NCBI GenBank assembly: GCA_032718475.1
Contig: JAUCBJ010000213.1
Span: forward strand, 1-34,252
Reading direction: 5' to 3'
From: Nemertoderma westbladi
Lineage: Eukaryota > Animalia > Xenacoelomorpha
Length of the DNA stretch: 34,252 bases
Each line of letters opens with the position of its first letter. The stretch's first letter is position 1. A program made the translations under genes and the position numbers. Of the stretch, positions 25,798-34,252 are shown piece by piece. Under the pieces are notes generated by a model. It was given only the letters and a program-made list of their open reading frames with translations, did not search any database and was not told the DNA's origin.

Positions 25798-26257
25798 AAT
25801 ATGACTCAGGGTATACAAACGTTCCCATTGGAGGATAAAAATTGGGGCCCTTTTGATTTGCTACCTGTCAAACCATCAAAACAACACAAAAATTTGAGTA
25901 AAACTGCCTAAATAAGCAGTGCGATCTGTAAATAAGAAGTGCGACCCGTACTGCTTATTTAAGCATATGTTCCCTACTGTCTATGTTTTTTGTGCAGTCC
26001 ACCTTTTTCAAACACACATCTTATTCCCAATTATGTAACTGAGAAAGCGAAAACTTGAAAAAGGTGGACAGACCAAATGCTACAAACTGCTTTGCATAAT
26101 ACGTTTCTGATTGGTCTGTCCGTTGTCCATGTTTTCTGTGTCCAGTCCACCTTTTTCAAACATTTCCTGCGGGAACCATTCCAGCATTCTGCGGAAAAAT
26201 CTGTACCGGTACTCCATGAACCCGCTTGTGTAGCGTTTAGCAACGACATCCATTCCA

Positions 26258-27313
26258 ATGGATTCGCAAACCCAGATTCAGATTGGCCCACCCTATCCAC
26301 AACAAATTCAGGTACCGGTTAATCCCGTTGCCGGCCAACCTATACCAACTACTGCAGGGCCAGGCCAACCGGCATTACAACCCGGCGAGAAATGGGGGAA
26401 CGTTACCGCTAATAAAGTTGTCAGTAGCGTTATCATTGCTCTGGGCGGATTGTTCATATTGTGTGGAATTATTGATTTGAATTTATATTGCTTTGCTTCC
26501 TTATTCGCTGTCCCGGTATGGAGTGGTGTTCTTATGTTACTTGTCGGCCTATTGGGATTGTTTGGTAGTATTAAAGATGGCGGCAGCACTGATAAATGCT
26601 CCAGGGGTCTCCTAATCGCTGTCATTGTTATAGATGCAGTTCTCATGTTTATTTGTATAGGTTGTGGTGGCACCCAGTCGTCCTCAGTGATTATATATGG
26701 TGGTTGGGGATGGGGAAGTTACGGCTATTATTTTTATACGTGCAGAGGGTTGCACATGGCGCTCTTGATTTTTTGGGTTGTTACATTCGTAATGATAGTG
26801 ACACAGATTGCTCTCGCTTCCACTAAAATCTGTTGCGTGGCAAAAGCGCGGCGCGTGCAGGTCGTATATGTTACCGCCCCGATGACAGGCCAATACGGTC
26901 AGCCGGTACCGCAGACATTCGGTCCCGGTCAGCCGGTACCGCAGACATTCGGTCCCGGTCAGCCGGTACCGCAGACATTCGGTCCCGGTCAGCCGGTACC
27001 GCAGACATTCGGTCCCGGTCAGCCGGTACCGCAGACATTCGGTCCCGGTCAGCCGGTACCGCAGACATTCGGTCCCGGTCATCCGGTACCGCAGACATTC
27101 GGTCCCGGTCAGCCGATACCGCAGACATTCGGTCCCGGTCAGCCGGTACCGCAGACATTCGGTCCCGGTCAGCCGGTACCGCAGACATTCGGACCCGGTC
27201 AGCCGGTACCGCAGACATTCGGTTCCGGTCAGCCGGTACCGCAGACATTCGGTTCCGGTCAGCCTATACCGCAGACATTCGACACCGAAGAGAAAGTTCA
27301 ATTTACCGAATGA
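26258..27313 (+). CDS. MS4A/CD20-like four-transmembrane protein, single exon, 351 aa, with Pro/Gln-rich N-terminus and tandem-repeat C-tail
   Basis: Four hydrophobic segments, PVWSG...GLLG in TM2 (CD20-family P.WxG motif), CC after TM4, intact ATG-to-stop ORF, AATAAA downstream. Confidence 0.85.
   Translation: MDSQTQIQIGPPYPQQIQVPVNPVAGQPIPTTAGPGQPALQPGEKWGNVTANKVVSSVIIALGGLFILCGIIDLNLYCFASLFAVPVWSGVLMLLVGLLGLFGSIKDGGSTDKCSRGLLIAVIVIDAVLMFICIGCGGTQSSSVIIYGGWGWGSYGYYFYTCRGLHMALLIFWVVTFVMIVTQIALASTKICCVAKARRVQVVYVTAPMTGQYGQPVPQTFGPGQPVPQTFGPGQPVPQTFGPGQPVPQTFGPGQPVPQTFGPGQPVPQTFGPGHPVPQTFGPGQPIPQTFGPGQPVPQTFGPGQPVPQTFGPGQPVPQTFGSGQPVPQTFGSGQPIPQTFDTEEKVQFTE
26897..27280 (+). repeat. Coding 30-bp minisatellite, 12.8 copies (GQPVPQTFGP)
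   Basis: Directly visible and in frame. Confidence 0.97.
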
Positions 27314-27425
27314 TTTTAGATTTAGCAGTCTGTCAATACTGCTCAGTACTGCAGTACTACTGTACTAAGTGCAAACAATCTGCCATAACAATCGCTAAGT
27401 TCATTATTTATTACAGTTCATTATT

Positions 27426-27510
27426 CATAGGTGAACCCAGTGCGTAAAGTAGGAACATAATAGATATAATATATATTATGTTCCTACTTTACGCACTGGG
27501 TTCACCTATG
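27426..27510. repeat. 85-bp perfect foldback (37-bp arms, 11-nt loop); likely minimal MITE
   Basis: CATAGGTGAACCCAGTGCGTAAAGTAGGAACATAATA at 27426-27462 and its exact reverse complement at 27474-27510; flanked by TATT on both sides. Confidence 0.9.
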
Positions 27511-27608
27511 TATTTCTTTTCTAAATGTATTTGTACTCCGGTATTGTAGCGTGCAGTTGATACTACTTTGCTCTCAACAATAGCCTTAATTGGCTTGTTG
27601 TGATTAAC

Positions 27609-27614
27609 AATAAA
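27609..27614 (+). promoter_or_regulatory. Candidate polyadenylation signal for the MS4A-like gene
   Basis: First AATAAA noticed after the stop codon, followed by T-rich sequence; weak evidence in AT-rich DNA. Confidence 0.35.
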
Positions 27615-28539
27615 CAAACATTATTATTATTAATGTTTCTCCTCTATTTGTTTAACCAGCGAATATGTTTTTCTTTTTATTATCGGTACTATAATAACAG
27701 TATAAATAACATCATCGGTCATCGATTATCCACTTAATTTGTTTTATAATGTTAATGGCCTTCCATGTTTTTTTAATTTCCCACTGACTTCTTTATTATT
27801 GTGCAGTAGTTATTTGGTGCAATGTGTACTGTATTAATTACAGTCTGTATTCTAACACGCGGTAAAAACTGATACATTTAACATTCGTTTATATTGATAT
27901 CCCATCGTATTGTATATTTATTAATATCTGGAGCAGACATTGTTATATTTATTAATATTAATATTATTATTATATAAATTTTTATAGAAAATATTATCCT
28001 ATAATGAATTACCTTAGTGCATGTAAATGTCTTAATGAATTACTCCTTAAACTCCTTTATAACTCGTAGACATAAATACTAACCCCGGATACCCATTATG
28101 GTGCAGGTTTTATTATATTGAATGACGACACAACTAACTACCTATAAAAAATTTTATACTTAAAATTATAAATTGTATTATATTATTTTACACACTGACA
28201 AAAAAATGAGCGCACAAGAAAGGCCCCTACTAAGTTGTCCGCACAACTGAAATTTTTTTTTTCCACATGTCCACAAAAGGAAAAGTAGCAAAGAGTAGCA
28301 AATTAGCAATGTTCCAAACTAATTTAATTAATTGCACAGCTGCAGTTTAATGGGGAATGAATACAATTTACACTGGCCTGTCACACGTAAATTGTTAGAT
28401 CTCGGTAACTATAAGTCGTATCCTATATTTAAGAATATCAAACATTTCTTCACGATATATTAAGGTAACTGATGAAAAAAAATTATTAAATAAATTAATT
28501 GTAGTTGAGCTGTTAAGTGTTAATGCAACTTTAATCTTT

Positions 28540-29420
28540 AAGAGGGAAGTACACGATTTGCGGTTAAAATGCTACTACAGTTGTAGTCATTCAATTTGAG
28601 GTGAAATTGGCTGAAACCAATTTTTTCGAATTATGGAGGTGAGCTCCACAAAAGTTATCGGTTAACATTTTTAGTTTAGCCTTTTTATGAAAATTAATTA
28701 ATATTTATTAATATTTGGCAAAATTTTAACAAATTTTTGGCTTGTATCTGAAAAATTGGCTGTAAAAACAGAAATATAAAAATTCCAACCGATAACTGCC
28801 GAAACCCTTTCAAATAAGCCAAAAATAAAGAAAATTGGTTAAAAAATGGCGGGGGGGGGGGTAGTAATTTGAAAAATTAAAATGTCATTACAAGATAATT
28901 GCCTTCAAAGTTTAAACCTACCCGCCATAACTGGCTGTCTGTGGTCTGGTTGGTTAATCATTTCTGGCATAATAGAAGCACATCACCGGGCTAAAACTTT
29001 CATTATGGGGGTTTTCGGGGTCGCTGATTTCATTTCCGATGTCCTTTTTAAGGTTTGATGGAATCTAGTCTGTCTGTCTGTCTGTCTGACGGTTGTTTGT
29101 CTGTCTTACAATTTGACTGACAGACCATCATACAGAAAAACAGGGATAACTCGATAACTAAAAGAGGTTTCGCTACGCGGTTTTCAGATTTGAAATACTC
29201 ATTAAATTCTGATAAAGATTAAATAAAAAAACAAATATTTGAAATTTTGACATGGGGGGGGGGGGGGGGGGTTAACTCCCCCCTTAATGAATGCTATCGT
29301 AATAAGTTTTTCAGAAACGGAAAAAATGAGAAAGCGCGACACCGGGGGCTTTCTCATTTTTTCCATTTCTGAACAACTTATTACAATATCAAAAAAAATT
29401 ATACAATTCCACTGCAAGGA
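28540..29420 (-). mobile_element. Diverged inverted copy of the 14040-15200 element family
   Basis: Shared blocks over ~28830-29290; boundaries approximate. Confidence 0.55.
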
Positions 29421-30242
29421 AATGTCATTATTTCCATTAGTGTTAGCGAAGGAAACAAGGTTCGCCTTAGAGGTTATCTATCCCCGGTGCGCAATGTATT
29501 TTAATAATAACTTTAGAAATAATACCGTTTTTATAGCGCCAAATTAATATTCAAATCTACTGTATGTCATGTCTATATGTATGTATCTAATGTCATCTAT
29601 GTTTGTTTTATTTAATTGTGTTATTTTATTGTTAATTTTAATGTTATACTTTGAGCACCATTAAATCAATGCCAATACCAATACCAAGACTTTACACATA
29701 AATAGTTTATAATATTATAATAACTAATTTTTTTGGGGATGAGGGTTTTCGAGGTCGACAAATCCGATGGGTTACATAGACCAAGTACAGAAGTTGTGTA
29801 ATTAAGCTCCCTATATCTATATTGTACTAGGAAAATTGGTACCGGTATTAAAATTTTTTTTAATGATTAGACAAAATGTCCGTTTCTCTGGAAACTACAG
29901 TAAATTGGTTTCTATGTAGAGTAGTGCGTGGATAGTTCTGTCAATCGATAGTTACTGGACTAAATATTGTTTGCGCCAAATTTGGTGAAAATCCCACCAA
30001 TCCAATAGACTCCTTGTTGCTATGTAAAATCCTTGTTGCTAAGGAAAGAAGAATTGAATTGAAATTGATCCGCAGAATTAATTTTTATAGACTTTTTGGT
30101 GATATTAGCAAGATAATGTAGAGTCAAAAAAAAATTGGGTCGAATGAATTGTGAATTAGTTTTGGGTTACCCCCTCTTTTTCGCTAGATTGACTGAACTA
30201 TTGTGCAAGATTATGATAAATTACCATTTAAAATAAACTCAC

Positions 30243-30417
30243 TTGAACTTCCGCGAAGGATTTCTAAATTTGGCGTCGTCGATTCCTGATAATTCTGTGC
30301 CTCGTCTATCAAGCATAAGGAAAGCCGCGAGGTTGGCGGTGTAGGAGGCGAGAATAATCAGAGCAAATCCGGCCCACACCATCCCAAGGACACGGGCACC
30401 AAAACTCCTGGGTGACC
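30243..30417 (-). CDS. GRIN1: NMDA receptor subunit GluN1, exon encoding M3 and start of S2
   Basis: cttacag|[58 protein letters not shown]|gtgagt; phase 1 start matches the preceding exon. Not in the ORF track. Confidence 0.95.
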
Positions 30418-30479
30418 CTGTAAGGTATATGTTAGGAATTCATGTCACAGTTGCTGAATAAACATACCTATTATCGCAA

Positions 30480-32572
30480 TGTTTAGGATACCCCAGGTGA
30501 ACCAGACCTGCCTACTGTTTAGCAGGACACTCCAGGTGAACCAGACCTACCTTCTATTTAGAAGGACACCCCAGGTGAAGTAGACCTACCTACTGTTTAG
30601 CAGGACACTCCAGGTGAACCAGACCTACCTTCTGTTCTAAAGGACAACCCAGGTGAACCAGACCTACCTTCTGTTTAGAAGGACACCCCAGGTGAACCAG
30701 ACCTACCTACAACTGTTAAGCAGGACACTCCAGGTGAACCAGACCTACTTATGTTTAGCAGGAGACTCCAGGTGAACCAGACCTACCTTTTGTTTAGAAG
30801 GATACCCCAGGTGAAACAGACCTACCTACTGTTTAGCAGGACACTCCAGGTGAACCAGACCTACTTATGTTTAGCAGGACACTCCAGGTGAACCAGACCT
30901 ATACCCTTTGTTTAGAAGGACACCCCAGGTGAACCAGACCTACCTTCTGTTTAGAAGGACACCCCAGGTGAACCAGACCTACTTATGTTTAGCAGGACAC
31001 TCCAGGTGAACCAGACCTACCTTCTGTTTAGAAGGACACCCCAGGTGAACCAGACCTACCTACTGTTTAGCAGGAAACTCCAGGTGAACCTGACCTACTT
31101 ATGTTTAGCAGGACACTCCAGGTGAACCAGACCTACCTTTTGTTTAGAAGGACACCTCAGGTGAACCATACCTACCTACTGTTTAGCAGGACACTCCAGG
31201 TGAACCAGACCTACTTATGTTTAGCAGGACACTCCAGGTGAACCAGACCTACCTTCTGTTCAGAAGGACAACCCAGGTGATCCAGACCTACCTTCTGTTT
31301 AGAAGGACACCCCAGGTGAACCAGACCTACCTACTGTTTAGCAGGACACTCCAGGTGAACCAGACCTACTTATGTTTAGCAGGACACTCCAGGTGAACCA
31401 GACCTACCTTCTGTTTAGAAGGACACCCCAGCTGAACCAGACCTACTTATGTTTAGCAGGACACTCCAGGTGAACCAGACCTACCTTCTGTTTAGAAGGA
31501 CACCCCAGGTGAACCAGACCTACTTATGTTTAGCAGGACACTCCAGGTGAACCAGACCTACCTACTGTTTAGCAGGACACTCCAGGTGAACCAGACCTGC
31601 CTTCTGTTCAGAAGGACAACCCAGGTGAACCAGACCTACCTTCTGTTTAGCAGGACACTCCTGGTGATCCAAACCTACTTATGTTTAGCAGGACACTCCA
31701 GGTGAACCAGACCTGCCTTCTGTTCAGAAGGACAACCCAGGTGAACCAGACCTACCTTCTGTTTAGAAGGACACCCCAGGTGAACCAGATCTACCTACTG
31801 TTTAGCAGGACACTCCAGGTGAACCAGACCTACTTACTTATGTTTAGCAGGACACTCCAGGTGATCCAAACCTACCTTCTGTTCAGAAGGACAACCCAGG
31901 TGAACCAGACCTACCTTCTGTTTAGAAGGACACCCCAGGTGCACCAGACCTACCTACTGTTTAGCAGGACACTCCAGGTGAACCAGACCTACTTATGTTT
32001 AGCAGGACACTCCAGGTGAACCAGACCTACCTTCTCCTATCCCACTGTTTAACAGGACACTCCAGGCGAACCAGACCTGCCTTTTGTTTAGAAGGACACC
32101 CCAGGTGAACCAGACCTTTCTTCTGTTTAGTAGGACACTCCAGGTGAACCAGACCTACTTATGTTTAACAGGACACTCCCGGCGAACCAGACCTGCCTTT
32201 TGTTTAGAAGGACACCCCAGGTGAACCATACCTACCGACTGTTTAGCAGGACACTCCAGGTGAACCAGACCTACTTATGTTTAGCAGGACACTCCAGGTG
32301 AACCAGACCTACCTTCTCCTATCCCACTGTTTAACAGGATACTAAAGGCGAACCAGACCTGCCTTTTGTTTAGAAGGACACCCCAGGTGAACCAGACCTA
32401 CCTACTGTTTAGCAGGACACTCCAGGTGAACCAGACCTACTTATGTTTAGCAGGACACTCCAGGTGAACCAGACCTAACTTCTCCTATCCCGCTGTTTAA
32501 CAGTACACTCCAGGTGAACCAGACCTACCTTCTCCTATCCCGCTGTTTAACAGGACACCCCAGGTGAACCAT
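30480..32572. repeat. ~52-copy 38-39-bp minisatellite (with a few 50-bp units) derived from the GluN1 exon end plus splice donor
   Basis: Consensus ctgtttagcaggacactccaggtgaaccagacctacctt; the last unit is the real exon end at 32522-32571. Confidence 0.95.
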
Positions 32573-32763
32573 ATTGCTGAGGCGAGCCCTTGCACATCGT
32601 CCTCATGTCTGTTGCTGTTACTGACACGGTACCGCCCAAACGGACTCAGCCGGTCCAATATATACAGAATGAAGGCGACTACGTGAACAGATAGCAGGAT
32701 TAACAGCCATAAAGTTATGTCGAAAGGACGAACAAATGATGCCATACTAGATTCTGGCATATC
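32529..32763 (-). CDS. GRIN1: NMDA receptor subunit GluN1, exon encoding M1 and the M2 pore loop
   Basis: ttatag|[43 protein letters not shown]...[17 protein letters not shown]|gtaggt; LLNSGIGEG with the N-site is GluN1-diagnostic. Confidence 0.95.
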
Positions 32764-33089
32764 CTATAAATCAAATAATAATAACCATGAGCCAGTTTAT
32801 TATTGAATATACAGTAGTAGGGATGCGGGCAAGGCGATCTTTACTAACGCGGGGTACTCCCACTTTAATACTTTATGCAGTCCACAGTCCAGGAACTGAA
32901 CATAAAAATAATAATTCTTTCAAATAATATTTCAATTTATTTTACTCCATTTAGCTGCCAGCAATTGCAAAAAAACGCTAGGCCTACTTTAGTAGGAGTT
33001 TTAGTCTAAATGTAATAAAAATAGTGTATTTTTGACAGAAACAATAGGCCTACCGGTATACATATAAATATTTTTTCGAAATTGCACCA

Positions 33090-33460
33090 ACTATTGAATA
33101 TTTTTCTTCAAAAAATCAACCGAGTAGTAATTTAAAAATTGAAAAATGTCATTCCAAGATAATTGCCTTTTAAGTTTAAACCCTCGCGGCCAATCTGTCT
33201 GTCTGTTGTCTGTCAATAGGTATGTAAGAATGTTGGTTAATAAATGCTTGGAACTCGAAGCACACCACCTCAAAAAGTTTCATTACTGTGGTTTCTTGGT
33301 CGGTAGTCTTGGTCTGTCGTCTGTTTAATGGTTGGCGGAACCCAAACTGTCTGCCTGTCGGCCACTCTGTCTGTTTATACATACAAAAAAAGTAAAGAGG
33401 TAGGAGAGGGCACGGCTGTGCCCCACCCCCCCCCCCCCCCATTTTTTTTTCAAATTTCAA
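33090..33460 (-). mobile_element. Third decayed fragment related to the 14040/28540 element family
   Basis: aaatgtcatt..aagataattgcctt..aagtttaaacc matches 28880-28920; (GTCT)n and poly-C present. Confidence 0.45.
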
Positions 33461-34252
33461 TCAAATGCTACGATACTTGGTTAGATATGTTGATATTGGA
33501 TGATAATAATATTTATGAAGGTAGTTCGACACCTATTCTTACCGCTGGCAGGGCCGGATTTTCAATTTTCTACTGTAGTTATTTAGCTACAACAAGCCGT
33601 TAATAATGCCTATTTAGTAATCATTGCTAAACTCCCGGGCTATATTTGTTGTCTCTGTAATGTAATCTAGATAACATTAGAACCGGCTTCGCCTGTAGAT
33701 TCCAAATCTGAAAAAAATGTGACCTCAGCAAAATACATGTTGAGGCGTATGCCGTCAATTGCCGCCGATTTTTTTACTAAATTCTAGAAAATTAATAACA
33801 CATGATGAAAAAATGAACAAGGATTAAAAACTTTTCTAAAACAGCAACTAAAGTTGAGGTGGAAATTGAGACAATTTCTGTGCAAATCATTTTTGTTGAG
33901 AAAGTACAGCAGTTATAATGTAACTATAGCGTTATGTAAATTTAACTTTAGCGTCCTTAATTGTTGTGTCGAAATCTGCTTAACGATTCCCTCTGCTATA
34001 TCTACCGGCAATCTCCCTACAGCGGTGTCGCGTCGCTCGTACCACCAGTCCTCGATCAGGGGTACTGCTGTGGTCGAGGGTTTGATTTGAAGAACTGGGG
34101 AAGTCCAAGATATAACTGGGTTGTTTCTCACAGTAGATTGTGCGATGGAGAATAATAGTTATCTCAAGTCCATTGATGATAACATACAGTATGCATTGTT
34201 CACCAATAATGACGTCTAACAAGGGACTTAAGGCCACCAAGGAGGTTTGGGG

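Larger units (their letters stand above)
19389..25979. mobile_element. Element Y: foldback-like DNA transposon with ~390-bp TIRs (CAGTAGGGAAC...), 5-bp TSD TCTAT, ~1.75 kb after removing nested insertions
   Basis: TCTAT at 19384-19388 and 25980-25984. Left TIR is 19389-19553 + 21450-~21680; right TIR is ~22640-22853 + 25803-25979. CGCACTGCTTATTTA motifs repeat within the TIRs. Confidence 0.9.
18633..26015. mobile_element. Outer TIR element X (host of the nest); an extra copy of its right end lies at ~26040-26165
   Basis: Left end gtgtttgaaaaaggtgggctggatacagaaaacatggacaatggacagaccaatca is inverted in 19360-19388 + 25985-26015 (split by element Y) and again in 26103-26163. Confidence 0.7.

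Noticed and set aside
19389-25979. ProtoRAG/Transib identity for element Y because of the 5-bp TSD
   Set aside because: The ends are CAGTAGG rather than CAC-type RSS heptamers, and no RAG1/Transib motifs are recognisable.
26283-27447. Overlapping long ORFs in other frames or strand of the MS4A-like gene
   Set aside because: They are by-products of the stop-free 30-bp repeat and antisense shadows.
31681-32019. 112-aa plus-strand ORF
   Set aside because: It is a translation of the 39-bp minisatellite.
32497-32528. C-terminal RSGSPGVYC* of the 32497-32760 ORF
   Set aside because: This is intronic read-through past the donor at 32528; the GluN1 frame continues at 30417.
14318-33440. Long poly-G/poly-C runs (14318, 17191, 19215, 29254, 33421) as G-quadruplex regulators
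   Set aside because: Most are parts of the decayed interspersed elements, and homopolymer lengths are unreliable; there is no evidence of function.
33854-34252. Cluster of short ORFs as a possible upstream GluN1 exon or gene
   Set aside because: No GluN1 S1 motif (FSKPFKYQG) or other recognisable domain; possibly a TE remnant cut by the window edge.

Overview
AT-rich, repeat-dense genomic DNA from an invertebrate animal; not prokaryotic, and no CRISPR, rRNA or tRNA was seen. Two minus-strand exons of an NMDA receptor GluN1 (GRIN1-like) gene lie at 32529-32763 (M1-M2) and 30243-30417 (M3, SYTANLAAF). The intron between them is almost filled by a ~52-copy minisatellite derived from the exon's own 3' end and splice donor. 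I found no further GluN1 exon to the left, so 1-30242 is probably one very large intron. That region holds: (i) a 12-kb head-to-tail stack of seven complete Helentron-associated (HINE/DINE-1-like) non-autonomous elements of two terminus families, all joined at CTAG|T and inserted in a decayed LINE RT; (ii) decayed RTE-like LINE pieces and a class A GPCR fragment; (iii) a three-level nest of four elements (three TIR elements plus a CR1-type LINE) with readable TSDs; (iv) an intact, intronless MS4A/CD20-like gene with a 10-aa tandem-repeat tail on the opposite strand; (v) many Tc1/mariner-type excision footprints. All calls were made by eye, and TE boundaries without a TSD are approximate.
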